Shown: positions 12,017 to 36,739 of the stretch, piece by piece
Layout of the letters: every line of letters starts with the position of its first letter
How positions within the stretch are numbered: the stretch's first letter is position 1
Source: Amoebidium appalachense
Lineage: Eukaryota > Protista > Ichthyosporea
Direction of reading: 5' to 3'
Assembly: GCA_963693365.1 (NCBI GenBank)
Contig: CAVNZM010000004.1
Coordinates: 1,299,449 to 1,363,448 of the forward strand
DNA length: 64,000 nt
Program-made: the position numbers and the translations under genes
The notes under the pieces: model-generated
Database searches by the model: none
What the model was told of the DNA's origin: nothing
The model's input: the letters and a program-made list of their open reading frames with translations, nothing else

Positions 12017-12589
12017 GCAAGCTAGCACGCACACACAAGCATGCATGCGGGACGCTTTTTTGAAACAGGCAAACACACGCAGTCTTCGCGAGACGCAATG
12101 CGGCACATGCACACACACACACACACGTACACAGACACACACGACTCACACGCACACGACTCGCACGCACACACACACACACACACACATCCACACATCC
12201 CTCCCTCCCCTCCCTCCCATCCTCCCCAACACACACACTTTCGTTGGTTTATTGGTTCGAGTGAGAGGAGGATGCGTAGGCAAAACCCTCCTGCCCTTTC
12301 CCAAACCTAGACAAAAATTCTCTAACAACTGCCACACTCTATTCGGTTCTGTAAAACAAACATGCCGCATCCAGTCTCTGTGACGGTAAACTTCAAACAA
12401 CTAAATCGTATAGTTTCTATACAAATTAAATACAAATATGATATTAGAATATTCTTGCAATGGGGCCAATTGTCGAATACCTCTTTTAATGCATTATTTC
12501 GGTCACTGAGCCGAAAGGAATTAATACATAGTCTTCCAACAGAACTACCGAAACACGAGTCATGCGCATATAGTAAGAAATTTACAATA

Positions 12590-12623
<34 letters not shown>

Positions 12624-13443
12624 CACTCTCTTTTCATTTTAGCGGAAGATCCAAAATGTCTACCAATGCAGCCATACCTTAAAAAGCAGTCTTCTCGCTT
12701 CTCCCCACTTCTCTTGCTTCTGTTCTCTCACTTCTTCTCTCTCCCTCCGATTTTATTATCTACAAAAAAGGTAAACGTATGACTCCCTCCCTCCTCCCCC
12801 CCCCCCCCTCCCCCCTCCCCCCCCCTTACCCCCCCCCCCCCCCCCCCCCCCCCCCAACCAACCAACCAAAAAAAAAAAAAAAAAAAAAAAAAGTAAAAAT
12901 CGAGCCCTGAACGTTAACACCACCACCACACGATGATGCCCTTCAACTCACCCCTCCTTAGTCACAACATCTTCCCCCCCCCCCCCCCCTTTTTTTTGGG
13001 GGGGGGGGGGGGTGGGGGGGGAGGGAGGGAGTAACTAGCAGGCTCAAAAGCATACCCCCTTACCCCCCCCCCCCCCCCCCCCCCCCTCCTCCTCCACCCC
13101 CTCTCCCCCCAGGGCACGTAGGGCGCAGGTCGAACAAAACATGCATACTGCAAAGCCCCTCTCCTCCCCCCCCCCGGCCCCACCTCCCCACCGCACCCAC
13201 CAACACCATGGCAATGTCTCTCTCTCCTCCTCCCCTCACTCTTTTTCCTTCACCCCCACGCCCCATTCCCCCCTCAACCACCATCAGAATCTCTCTTTCC
13301 CTCATCGAAGGTTGCTGATTCTGAACGGCTTGTCTTGTTTTCAAGTTCCTTGGAATAAACCACTCGCCTTGGATCGTGAATGTACAAGAGTCCCCTCCCC
13401 CCCCCCTCCCTCCCCACCACCACCGCCGCCACCACCACCACCA

Positions 13444-13478
<35 letters not shown>

Positions 13479-13987
13479 CATGCACACACACACACACACA
13501 CCGCGCGCGCGCGTGCACCACGAGCACCACCATCGCAACCACCACCACCACCACCACCACCACAAACAAATAGCCATATGACAAACAATCAGCAACACGA
13601 ATCCTGCAACCAGACTGACTGAAAGTCTTGACATATGGGGGCTCTCTCTCCCCATCTCCCATCGAAAACCGGCCACCACCGTGGTAGTGGTGTGGACCCG
13701 CTATGGGGGATATATCAATTCGTCCCCTCATCGAGGGTAACCCCTGAGCAAGGGAATTTTGTGTTTTAAATTTGTCTAAGAGTTGGACAGCCGGTGCACT
13801 GGAGTTTTTGGTGTCCATCCACACGCTCGCCCCAGCACCACGTGTGTTTAAGTGTGCGTGTTTGTCAGCATATTGTGCGCGACAGTGTCTGCGCCCTTGT
13901 GTGTGTGTGTGTATGTATGCGTGCGTTGGTGTGTGCACGTGTGAGTTTTTTTTTTGGTGGTGGTGGTGGGGGGGGGGGGGGGGGGGG

Positions 13988-14027
<40 letters not shown>

Positions 14028-14149
14028 CGGGGGGTGGCTGGATGTCACGTCCGTGCCGTGCAGTGTATGCCCACCTGTGTGTGTGTATGCACGGTGGGTG
14101 GGTGGGTGGGTGGTTCGTCTGCTTGTTATGGAGGTCCCCCCTCTTCCCC

Positions 14150-14189
<40 letters not shown>

Positions 14190-15561
14190 TCCCCCTAACA
14201 CTCACACAGACACAACCACACACCCCCATCCCATCAACCCCAGCCATCTGCTCTACTAAGTTCAAGTAAATCAGCATTCGGTATGTATTAAGTACTTGCT
14301 CTGAACTGAATGTACATGTCCGAACACCGAAATTCAGTCAAGGACATAAATAAATGCCCGGGTTCAAACTTCATATTTGTTCATTGCTTTCAGACCATTC
14401 TTGAGACCGGGGAGGGGAGGAGGGGTGTGGCCGTGTGTGGGGGTTGGAGAATAGGGGGGGGGGGGGGGCAGTTGAAGGATAAGGCCTGGGGGGGAGGGGG
14501 GGGGAGGGGGGGGGAAAGAAACACACATTCTTCCGCATGCAACATACACACCGATATTCAACATACATGTCATGTGCAATGTCAACGGACCGTGCATGTG
14601 CAGCATTGGACAGTATCTTCCGTAGCCTACTAAATACTACTGCCACTGTGACAGAAACTCTGCAGCTCTGCAACGTGCAGTACACAGGCAGGGGCGGTAT
14701 GTGGTCAGTTTGACACACACCCGTTTTTAGGTGTGCCACGTGTACGCTTATATATATAGGCTCAACACCCATATTGTACATATTGATACAGCCGCATGAC
14801 TTGTGGGTGATCACGTGACCACATGAAACTCACACCTGCATGTTCAGTTGGCCGATGATGCAATTGATATTGGCTCCCCTCCCCTCACCACCCCCCCCCC
14901 CTCCCCCCTTCCCCCCCCCCCCCCCTCCACCGCCCCCCCCCCCCCCCCCCCGGCCGCCTGGGCGCCCGGGCCTACTCTGCTAAGTTAACACACATCTTAT
15001 GGCTGCTGGGCTGCTGTATTCTTGGACACTGTGCGGCAAAAGTTACAACACAACTGCTATGTGTAAGTGCCCCAAGCACGCGCGTATGCTGCATTGCTTG
15101 TGACTCTTTCTTTCTGCATTTGCCTGTGGATGGTGCGTACGGGGGCACGTTTGTAATCTCAGACTGATGCCGCATATGCCATGGAAGAAGGTGCTTGGTA
15201 CAGATGTGCATGCGTGTGTGAGTAGAGATGCAGGATGGGTGGTGTGGGTTGTATTGCTCTGGTGTTTAGGTCTGGACATATTTGCCTACCCATGGAGGAG
15301 CCCAAGTGTTTACGGTGGAGACTGCATTACAATCAACTCGTGATCACCGGGCGGAAAGGAGTTGTCTCTGGATGTGACAACCAATTATATTAGGTTTGAT
15401 TTAACATTTTGAGGTATGCCTGGCTAACATGAAGGGAGCGTGCGTGTGGTGTGTCTGTGTCTGTGTGTGTGTGTGGGGGGGGGGGGTTGGGGGGAGGGGA
15501 GGAGGGGAAGGGGAGGGTCTGCGTAATACGGTGTGCTTGTGTGAGTGTACAGCCCGTCTGC

Positions 15562-15673
<112 letters not shown>

Positions 15674-16207
15674 CGCCATGGTGTGTGTTGAGGGGTAGGG
15701 GTTGAGGGACCACAGTTCTACGGGTACATGCATAATAGGGCGTAGTAACAAAACGGTAGAGGCGGGGCCCGGCGGGCTGGCGGGCGGGTGGGCAGGGGGA
15801 GGGGGGGGGGGAGGGGAAGGATTAGTTGGAGGCTTGAGACGGTACAGAATCCTTGGGATGCGCGACATCGTTCCGTTTCTCGACTTAAGTGGGGTTTCGT
15901 AGTGCTACACTGGGGAAGGGAGAGGGTGGACATTGTCTGTACATGAAACTGCACGTGCCCGGGCATACATATATCATATCAGGGCCAATCTGATGAGGGG
16001 TTTCATCCGATAACAATCAAAGCCATTGGGCACATTGCCGATGTGTTGTGTGCTTGGCCATGGGATGCCAAACACCGTCAATCTGAGGTGTTTGGTGATT
16101 CAAAGTGATGGATATTGGTTGCCTCTACCGGGCCGGGGGTCGGTATGGGGTGTGTGTGTGTGTGTTTGGTGGTGGTGTGTGTATGTGTGTGTATGTACCG
16201 TGTGTGT

Positions 16208-16244
<37 letters not shown>

Positions 16245-16517
16245 GCAGGGGGAGAGACAAGGGGTTCCGGAGAAGGGAAAGTGGGAGGAAAGAGGGGAGC
16301 ATATATGGCAGCCAAGCCAAACTGCAAAAACCAGTTGCACATGCGTCTAACCGTGACTACGTGTTGGGTATCGAACCTCAACCATAACCAAGAGCGTGTG
16401 CCATGTATGTGTCACAGTGTGTCTGCACATGGGCGGATGGTGGTTGTGGGTGATGCACTTTTGTGCGGGGGTGGTGGACAAGTGGTGGCCGGTGGTGGTG
16501 GTGGTGGTGATAGTGGT

Positions 16518-16567
<50 letters not shown>

Positions 16568-16978
16568 GGGGAGGGGGGGAGGGGGGGGGAGGGGGGGGGG
16601 AGGGGGAGGGGGGAGGCGGGGGGGGGGGTTGGCTAGTTCAACTTGGTAAAATTGTGTGCGTGTACACGTATGTACCAGGCACGATGACGAGAGGCTGGGT
16701 GGGTGCCGTAGGTGCATGTGGCTAATGAGAGGGGGAGACGGCTGCAGCTGGCAGCGCAGGAAGGGGCGGAGGGGGAGAGAGGAGGGGTGGGGGAGGGGGG
16801 GGGGGGGGAGGGGGGGGAGGCCTGGAGTTGAAGGGAACAGCCGCCAGCCGCCAGTTGCAGTGGATGTCTATGAAAGGCAAGACGATTTAGCTGCTATTGG
16901 CTGACGTGTATGAGAGGGTCTCTTGTGTCGGGGTCAAGATGGGCCAAGAGGGGTCCGGGGGGGAGGGAAGGGTGCGGG

Positions 16979-17017
<39 letters not shown>

Positions 17018-17462
17018 AGGAGGGAGGCTGGGAGGGGGGGGGGGGGGTTCTGGGCGGAGGCGGGGGGAGGGGGGAGGGGGGGGGGGGGGAGGAGGCTGCC
17101 AAACAGACACACAGGAACCATTCGATTATTACTTATGAAGTTTTTGTGGATTAATCTTCAGGTCGGTGAGTGGAAACACTCTTGATTTATTGGTTTACAC
17201 GGTTATATGTTTCGGAAATCGACTGGGGGCACTGCCTCTCATGTGGGTGCATGGCTTACAGTATTTTCTTGATTTATTCAGGATTTAACCAACCTTGCCG
17301 AATTAATAAGCACGATTTTCGAATAAATCAAATCCTATCTGCACCAATAGCTAGGTTTGTATGGCATTGCCACGTAGATATGACAGCGCGGCTGGTTGTG
17401 TTGGTGTGTCATTTTGGGTGGTTATGTGTGGATGTGCCGTGTTGGTGGTGGTGGTCGCAGGT

Positions 17463-17552
<90 letters not shown>

Positions 17553-17829
17553 GTTCTGGTGGTGGCAGGGGCACCCTGGGGAAGGGGGGGGGGGGGGGGG
17601 GGAGAAAGGGGGGGGGGGGGGGGGCACGGGGGTTTAAATGCGCCATAAAGTACGAAATACACATTCATAACGGACACCACAATTCAGAATACAGAGCCCA
17701 TGCTCAGGGGGGGCCCACGTCATCGACAGTACCCGAGTTTCGACCCATTCACCTCGTCGACGAAACCCAATTCAGATACTGGTTCACTTACACATGGGTG
17801 GGTCACCCGAGGGAGGAAGAGAGAGAGAA

Positions 17830-17961
<132 letters not shown>

Positions 17962-18451
17962 AGGGAGGGAGGGAGAGAGAGAGAGAGAGAGGGGGAGAGA
18001 GAGAGCGAGAGAGAGAGAGAAAGAGAGAGAGAGAGTGTGTGTGTGTTTGTGTGTGAGTGAGAGCAAGAGAGGAAAGAGAAAGAGAAAGAGTACATCTGCA
18101 TGCGAGAAAGAGGGAGAGAGAAGAGGGGGAGAGGGGGGGGGGGGAGAGAGAGAGCGAGAGAGAGAAAGGGAGGGGGGGGGGGAGAGGGAGAGAGAGAGGG
18201 AGGGAAGGAGGGAGGGAGGGAGGGAGGGGGGAGGGAGGGAATGACGGAGGGAGGGGGGAAGAGAGAGAGAGAGAAAAACAGAAAGAGAGAGTCCATTTGT
18301 ATGAGTGAGAGAAAGAGGAGAGTGCATCTGTATGAGAGGGAAGGAGAATATATGTGTACGAGAGAAAGAGATAGAGGGAGACATTACATCTGTGTGAGAG
18401 GGTGAGAGAATTCATGTCCGAGAGTGCGAGAGAGAAAGAATACATGTGTAT

Positions 18452-18483
<32 letters not shown>

Positions 18484-18542
18484 GAGGGAGGGAGAGAGGA
18501 GGGAAGGAGGGGAGGGGGGGAGGGGGAAGAAAGCAAGACAGA

Positions 18543-19846
18543 GATTGGCGAGTTCTTTCTCTTGCACCCCTGTATGTGTTCCTAAAAAATGCCTTAGCAC
18601 GTGCTTTCCTATCAGGATTTTCAGTGGTCAAAGTGTTTGCTCCATTTATCTTCTGCTTACATGATTTGTCTTGAAGCGCTCCTTCTCGACCTCAATAGAA
18701 TAAATAGCTTCATATTTAGATGTTATAGGCTAGAACCATCCGATCACACGAGGAAAAGCGACATCCACATCATGTTTGTTGTTAACAATAATCTGCTTGG
18801 CGTTGTTCTTTTCAATTTCACAAGCAAGAGGCATCAATACAGAAGAAAAATGTGTGGTGGGGGACTTATCTGGCGAGGCTCCGCTGGCCAGAAGTAACCG
18901 ATAGTGCCGGGCGCTGGAGGATTTTGATATACGCCCATTGTCTCCGACCAGAATGCGCAGGAATCACATTTTGCTCTGCTGCCAGTGACACCGTCACAGC
19001 ACACAATTGTCGAATAAGGAGAATTCGAAGGACCCATCTGTGCTGGTCAATATCCTCTCCCCCGAACGTGGTTAGTGAGTGTTTTTGATGGTTAGTGGTT
19101 TTATTATACTGTTTTGCAAAGTCTTCTCCAAGTATTACATCGTGCCGAACATTTTCTAATACTAAAAATGGCCAGTAATACATTGTAATTTCAAGCTAGG
19201 AAAAAAGGGATAACACACTTGCCAAGCACATGCAGTGAATCATTTTGCTTAACAGAGCCCACACGTGTGTTTGTTTGTCTTAGTGTTAGTCACGTTTTTG
19301 TGCTCTCTATATACTGCAGCTGCGCTTATTGCACAATGAGAAGCACCATGCATATCACATAGTGTTTTGTAATATTGATCATTGTGCCATCAATGTGAAC
19401 ATCAACATACGTACGTGGGTCTGGGTCATGCGAAACAATGGGGGAAGCATCAATTTTGCAAGGCACTTTGCGTGGTGTATGTATGATGCATGCAATCGTA
19501 AAGGGGAGAAGAGTCGGGAGATTGAATATAGGATTGCTTTCTTTTATTGTCAACCTGCCCAATGACACTGGTGGGAACTGCCCTACTATCAGCTCCCGTG
19601 CATTCCTATTTTGCCTGGCTACCACAACCAGCACCTGCTGCCCCATCATTAAATCCTTTTCTGCTAGCCTGACGAAGGGCAAGCATAAGCCTTATGCTCT
19701 ACAGAACCACACACCCAACAACCTGTGTACTTTTTCTTAATATGTTGGTCTTGCGGCTTTGTAATCCTACCATTTTCTCTAGTGCCATGCAGACCTCTAC
19801 ACTTACCACACGATAGTATATATATCTGCAAATGTGTGTTTTTCAA
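18543..19846 (-). mobile_element. Degraded Ty3/Gypsy-type retroelement relic (gag zinc knuckle plus aspartic protease, truncated before RT)
   Basis: In order on minus: CWVCGSVEHKAYAC (CX2CX4HX4C knuckle, ~19680-19720); PRTYVDVHIDG; a frameshifted active-site remnant LCDMHGASHCAIS; FLVLENVRHDVILGEDF (retropepsin C-terminal motif); a post-protease linker and VQEKELANL, which abuts the GA microsatellite. Several frameshifts and stops. Confidence 0.8.
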
Positions 19847-20116
19847 AGTGTAAAAAAACTATACTTCTATTAGAAAATCAAAACTTTTCTATGCTAACAA
19901 TATCAAAAAGATATATATAATAGTGATTGAAACCTTATATATATTGTTTTTGTAGTCCGTTAGTCGACCAGAAAGGCCAGGTATACACACGCCCCTCGGG
20001 GGAGAAATTGTCTTCGAGCATCTGATCGAAAAAGTGCGTCTGAGTTGAAACCGTAAAGAGAGAGTAGAGGAGAAAAGAGAGAAAGAAACTTGCACCGGCT
20101 CCCCCCATTGTCTCCC

Positions 20117-20202
20117 ATTAACATATTTATTAAGAGGCAAGGAAAATTAGTACTATTAACATAGTACGTTAGGAGTAGATCTAGAATTAAATCATTCAAT
20201 GT
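20117..20202. repeat. Dispersed ~85-bp repeat, inverted homolog of 3775-3858, containing a 7-bp-stem hairpin
   Basis: Hairpin gtactat-taac-atagtac at 20150-20167; flanks align with the reverse complement of 3775-3858. Confidence 0.7.
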
Positions 20203-20324
20203 TAGGAAAGAATAAAAATGTTAATATATGTGAACTGTTCAAGCTAGAGTATTGTCGGGTACCTGTTGAGGCGCTGCACATGCATATGGGATGATATCAG
20301 TCAGTGATATCGACGTATCCCCCC

Positions 20325-20358
<34 letters not shown>

Positions 20359-20557
20359 TCTCCCCCCCCCCCCCCCCCCCCTCCCCCTTCCCCGGCGAGG
20401 CCTCTCGAGCTCCTCCCCCGAAGTTCCCCTAAAGCAAAACAGAAAAAATCAAACAATCATTGGGAAAAAAACAAGGAAACAAAAAAAGAAGTGCCATGGG
20501 GTTTACACACTTTTTATTGCGTGGACACTGCCGGAGGCCCAGCCACATTCACTTGCC

Positions 20558-30460
<9,903 letters not shown>

Positions 30461-30564
30461 TTATTGACCAATTAATGAAAAATAGATAAATTTAACGGTG
30501 GATGTTTTGCCATCTTTGTCCTGTTATAGTATAATGATCCCTGCAGAATGGTTGGTTTGTAGGG

Positions 30565-30619
<55 letters not shown>

Positions 30620-30945
30620 GGGGGGGAGGGGGGGGGGAGGGGGGAGGGGGAGGGGAGGAGGGGAAGGGGGGGAGGGGGGATAATGGGTGGATATGATTTG
30701 GATGACACTCTACTCATGCTATGAAAATGTTTTCTTGTAATGACCTAATTGATAAACGAGAAAATGCTGTGAATAAATGGAATCCTCCTTGTATCAATCT
30801 GTAGATATTGTGGCAGGGTGTGCCTGTCTTTGAATAAAACGGAAGGGCAGACAACAAGAATCTCGTAGATACGTGTCATAATGATTGACTGAATTTGTTT
30901 CTCACACTGGCTCGGGGACAGCCGACGGTCCATAAGCCCCCCCCC

Positions 30946-30994
<49 letters not shown>

Positions 30995-31259
30995 ACACAC
31001 CGGTCACAACCACTAGCACCACATCCCTTCCACCTCCCTGGCATTTTCTTTGGAAAGAAATGGAAGAAACAAGAGCAATCGAAGGAAAAGAGGAACTTTG
31101 GGGAAAAAAGAAGCAAGAACTGTTGCAATGTGTGCGTGTGTGTGCATGCGCGCGTGCGTGTGTGTGTGCGTGTGTGCGTGCATGTATGCATGCGTGTGTG
31201 TGTGCGTGCGTGCGTGCGTGCGTGCATGCTTGTGTTCTTGCCCACGTTCGTGTTGCGGT

Positions 31260-31301
<42 letters not shown>

Positions 31302-32355
31302 TTGACGCCCGCACATGCTCGTGTACGTGCGTACGCGCACGTGTGTGCATACATGTGTGTGTTCTCGCATCCGTGTTGTGATGTGTGTGTGTGTGCATGT
31401 GTGTTTGTATGTATGTGTGTGTGTGTGTCCGTGCGCGCATGCGTGTGTGCGTGTGTGCGTGAGTGCGTGAGTGCGTGCGTGCGTGCGTGCGCGCATGCGT
31501 GTGGGCGTGCGTGCGTGCCCTCGTGTGTGTTCATGTGTGTGTGCATGCGTGCATGCAGGCGGGCGGGCAGGCGGCCAGGTGGGCAGGCGAGTGGGCGAGG
31601 ACGTGAGTGCTGCGTGTACACGCGTGTGTCCGTGTGTGTGCGTACGTGCGTGCGTGCGTGCGCGCGTGCACGTGCCCGTGGCTGTTATGCTTTCCTGGAC
31701 CTGTGTCACAGTGACGGTAACTCAAGCAGTGATTGCTGCAGCTGCCACCATATTTTTTTGCATTGAAAACGATAGTATCATCAGTTAATGTCTTACCCAG
31801 CCTGCGGAAAGATGCGTGTTCATTGCTCATGGATATTTCAAATATTTCTCTATGTGTACATGGCATGTGGGATCCGTTGTTTTTCTGCGGCCGGTGTGCA
31901 GCTTACTACCGGGCAGTGAGATGTAGAGGCATGTGCCACCTGCATACTCAGGCCATTTAAAGAGAACCTACATGTCAGCTGAGAAGTGTATACGTAGAAG
32001 ATACATTCATATCATGGCTGTATCTTTTTCTTGTTTCTAGTATTTGCGTTATATTTTTAAACGCCAAATTTTATTAGCGTCATATTTCATTCCGCCAAAT
32101 TTTTGGTGGGTACCAGCCCCATGGGTTCAGATAATTTTAAATAAGGATTTCTTCCTGCACACAGTGCCAAGGAAAGGAAAGGAAATGTACATACATTTTT
32201 TAGGCCAAAAACATAAACCATCAACTATCATGTCTTGCCTAGATCCAACAGGGCTCGCCTCTTCAAGAAGTGCCTAGCATCATTTATCTAGTATGAATAT
32301 ATGGATGCAAAAATCAAGTTCGCGGGTTAAGTATACCTCTAATTACTACAAATAG

Positions 32356-33771
32356 TTACACAAAGAGGGTGACCAAAGCCACGGGCATAAAACACAACCC
32401 AGCAATAGCCAGGGCCAAAGCAGCCCACCTCTTAATGGCCGTCCTGCCTCCCTGCTCTAGATCTGTCTCCTGCCTGAACATAAAGAAGAAACACAAACCG
32501 GGGAACACGTAGGTGACGAGAGAGGAAGAGGTAGCACCAATCACCCCGAAAATGATACCAAGGTTGTCAACAAACATAGCGAGTGCATATGTACCACCGA
32601 GAACCACACCAGTGACAGCCCAATACATCATCCTCTGCTTGCGAGAATCAGTGCCGATCATTTCACGCTTTCCGGAGGCGTTCAAAATGCTGTTGACAAA
32701 GTGAATAATGGATTGGCGTGTGGGGAAGGTGAGAAGCGGATAAGACACCAAGACAACAAAAGTGATGAGAATGCGTGCAACTGTGACGGGGGCAACCTGT
32801 GGGTAGTCGAGAAGAATGTTGCTGCTGACCTTGCTGCCATATGTGAAGTATCCGCACAGCCCAAAAACAATGTACAAAACAGAAACGACGCTCAATGCAG
32901 AAACAGAAACCATGTCCATGCGCTTCACCGAGGGTTTTTTTAGCTCGTTGTAAGTCTGGAAGATGTTTGCATGGCAGCAAAAACTGAAGATATAGATGGG
33001 CATAGCGCGGATGACGCCGAAACCTTGTTGCACTGCCACCACCGTACCGTGGCACTCCTCAAGGGTGGGCCAACTGCTGCATGGATCCAAAGCAGGCACA
33101 CCCTCAGGGGCAATGCAGTAAATAACCACCAGAATCATAATGTAGAAGATAGAAACAATCGCGGCCAGGGACGTAAAGCGAAGGCCGTTAACGTTGGATA
33201 GCACACCGAGGGGAATACCGAACACAACCCAGCCAATGGTGATCCACAGGCGGCGGTCAAGGAGGATGGAATCCGCTGGGAGGTTCGCAAGGAAACCAAT
33301 AACATCGGGCATAACGTCACCAACAACAATAAGGTAGCTGGTGGCCACACCAAACGTGAGGGATGTTACTGCAATATCGGCAACCAGGGAGAGTTTGGGG
33401 AAGGTACGATGCACAACAAGCCCGAAGGACGTGTTCTCCCCGCCAATGCGATGGCAGCACTTTGAAAGAAGATGCAGACCGAAGAAGGAAAGACCCGCGC
33501 TCAAAACCATGAGCAGGGAAGAAAGGAGCCACCCACACTGCGCAAATCCAGAGGGAAGAGCGAGAACGCCTGCGCCGACGATTGTGTTTACAAGGTTGAC
33601 GGTGCTGCTGAAAACCGTGGCATTTCTTGTGCTGAAGGAATCATCCTCGGCACACTGGTCGTGGTCACTGATTGCATACACGCTATCCGAACCTTGGACC
33701 ACCCCATCTTTCTTGGTGTCCTTGTCGAATTCACCGACACCCCGGTCAAATGTTACGCTGTTGATGGCCAT
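32356..33771 (-). CDS. Amino-acid transporter, Aa_trans (AAAP/SLC38/AVT-like) family, single exon, ~471 aa
   Basis: Signature STVNLVNTIVGAGVLALPSGFAQCG, plus IFSFCCHANIFQTYNEL and FGLCGYFTYG, with about 11 hydrophobic segments. Likely ATG at 33771 (MAINSVTF); no introns. Confidence 0.92.
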   Translation of the reverse strand: MAINSVTFDRGVGEFDKDTKKDGVVQGSDSVYAISDHDQCAEDDSFSTRNATVFSSTVNLVNTIVGAGVLALPSGFAQCGWLLSSLLMVLSAGLSFFGLHLLSKCCHRIGGENTSFGLVVHRTFPKLSLVADIAVTSLTFGVATSYLIVVGDVMPDVIGFLANLPADSILLDRRLWITIGWVVFGIPLGVLSNVNGLRFTSLAAIVSIFYIMILVVIYCIAPEGVPALDPCSSWPTLEECHGTVVAVQQGFGVIRAMPIYIFSFCCHANIFQTYNELKKPSVKRMDMVSVSALSVVSVLYIVFGLCGYFTYGSKVSSNILLDYPQVAPVTVARILITFVVLVSYPLLTFPTRQSIIHFVNSILNASGKREMIGTDSRKQRMMYWAVTGVVLGGTYALAMFVDNLGIIFGVIGATSSSLVTYVFPGLCFFFMFRQETDLEQGGRTAIKRWAALALAIAGLCFMPVALVTLFV

Positions 33772-33900
33772 TATGCTTAATAATTTGAGACAAGGTGTGT
33801 TTTGTGTATCTGTGCAGCGCGATACTTTGGCTTGGGCGAAAAGAGCCGAGCACTGCACTTTGATCATCGGAGTGAATGAAGGCCATGTTGTGTGAGCCTG

Positions 33901-34022
33901 TCCTTATATACCTGGTGGTCAGAGGCTCAGAAGTGTTCTCGTGATCTGATTGGTGGTTGATACGGCAAGATTCTAATCTTTAAGCACATCCAATGAGATG
34001 GAGTTATCTCTACAGCCAATCA
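33901..34022 (-). promoter_or_regulatory. Putative core promoter of the transporter (TATA box plus CCAAT boxes)
   Basis: TATATAAGG on minus at 33902-33910, ~135 bp upstream of the ATG; CCAAT/ATTGG at ~33949, ~33990 and ~34016. Confidence 0.5.
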
Positions 34023-35232
34023 CAAGTGGGTAAAACAGTTAACTGGTGCGAGTGAGTCGCGACGCAGCGACACTGAAGCGGGCAATCTCCCGGTCTCCCT
34101 GGTCTCCAGCCTCCCCTTCCCAACGCTACTAATTATTATAGTTTTTTGCATTTTTCTAATATATGTAAAAAATATCAGAGATAACATAGGTCCACCGTCG
34201 TCGTGTATAAAACAAGCGCAATTTCAACGGGGGGCAGATCGACGTCGATGATCTGCCGGGCGATGCCCGACAAGGCTAACCGACGAGTCGCGACATGTAG
34301 GGGGCTAACGTTAACCCAAGGCTGACTATGTAAAATTTAAATATATAATATTCCTATGTGTTTTCTGGTTAATAGATAAAGTAACTAAATATTGAACAAC
34401 CGAAACAAGTTATGGGCACTTGTAACTTAGTAAATTTGTACGCCCACTAGACACCGGTACATGGCCATTGGCCAGATCTTGGCATTCTTGAGTTCCCATG
34501 TGGCCATGCGTAACTGACCAATCATTATTCTTCTTTTCTTGAAGCAATGCCTATTGGACGTTGTAAATGCCAATCATTATACGCACAGCCGTTGTAACTT
34601 GTGTATGTACAAATGTGGTTTTCCCCGTTCTTCTTCCGAATCCTCCTCAAAATCTTTCCCTTCTTCTTCTCTTTGTTGTTGTTTTGAAGTACCGTACCTA
34701 TATCAATGATAGCTAAAATAATAATGCATTATCCGAAAAGACCAGTGAATCTAGTCGGCAATATCTGTGTTCAGGACAATATGCGATCAGTACTACATGT
34801 ACACATGAGTGACGTGACATGAGCAGCTTATTTGTAGTGACTCGTTCGGTCGCCTTCGAAGGCAAACATTGGCCCCTCGTGGTGTCATCGTGTGTGTGCG
34901 TGGTTTCCTACCGTAACCGAATGCATTAGCACCATGTTGTTTACACACCAGACGTGGGGCGGAAAACATAACAAATGCGGCTCACAGGCCTCTTGATGTA
35001 TTACTAAGCCAAATGCCGGTCAAAATATGTGTGGCAAGGCCTAGGGGTGACATTATCTGTCTGTGTGACTGTCACAGTGTGTGGGTTGGCAAATGGGGCA
35101 TTCATTTGAATTTTTTGATTGGTATTGAAACCTTTATCACTGATGTGATGAGGTGCCTGCACCAAGTGGTTAATTTGGCTTCCACCCAGACATAGCTATA
35201 TATAATGAAGATACAAATAACTTAGTCGAAAA

Positions 35233-35790
<558 letters not shown>

Positions 35791-36249
35791 CTGTGTGTGT
35801 GGAGTTATTGGTAGTGTTCTTCAGTAAAACGAAGTTCGGCAGCATGAGGTCCCGGAAACTGTAACAAAATTTCGTCCAGATCATCCATATACACTTTGGG
35901 AACAGCAAGCGCTCGCCAGGTCTAGTGGTATGATAAGTCAATAACGTTTGGTAGCTCTTTCATTTCGGTATCTCGTGCAAGTGGATGGGCCTGTTAAGCA
36001 AGGTGTATGTTTGGAGGAATGCACAAAGGTTAAAACTTTGAATCCTATGTACACGTACACCAGGCTGTATACCTTCACAAACAGAAAAAGCTGCTATATC
36101 GAGCATAATTGGGCTCCGAGCAGAATCATTTCGTTTTTATTATGCAGAAAAATCCACAATCAACTCAAAGCAGACAAACTCTGCTTCAAAATTTGCAGCC
36201 TGTGAGAATAATCGGCTTCTGCTGCTGAATATCAATATCTGTTGCTAAG

Positions 36250-36376
36250 TTGTGCAGAGTAATCCTGTTCATTGCAGTATAGTTCTGTTTGCTGTAGAAT
36301 AAATCTGTTTACTTGCAGAATAACAGTATGTTTCAAGAATAATTCTCTTTATTGCAAAAAAATTCTGTTTGTTGCT
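36250..36376. repeat. Degenerate ~20-bp tandem repeat (tgcagaataattctgttt-like)
   Basis: About six diverged units; resembles sub-terminal repeats of a DNA transposon, but no TIR was identified. Confidence 0.5.
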
Positions 36377-36622
36377 GGGAACCAACTCCCTGCCCGGCAC
36401 TTTTATGTTTACATACTTGGTAGCGATAGTACACAGAATACGAACCCATGCTGCATATTACTCCCTCTGAGCACTGTGAGCAACAGCTCTCGTCTCATCC
36501 GATTGGCTCTCACAAGTTTCACCGGAACTTCCCACAATGCCCACCATTCCTTCGCAATGGGAAGGGATGTGTATGGGGGTTACGGTAAGAGGGGGTGTGT
36601 GGATTGGGATTGTAAGGTGCGT

Positions 36623-36676
<54 letters not shown>

Positions 36677-36700
36677 GGGGGGGGGGGGGGGGGGAGGGGG

Positions 36701-36739
<39 letters not shown>

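Noticed and set aside
33772-33867. N-terminal extension of the transporter ORF given in the track
   Set aside because: It begins at a non-ATG codon just downstream of the TATA box and is probably 5' UTR; the first ATG is at 33771.
35905-35935. tRNA-Pro-like A-box 'ggtctagtggtatgat'
   Set aside because: No anticodon arm, T-arm or acceptor stem follows; at most a tRNA or SINE scrap.
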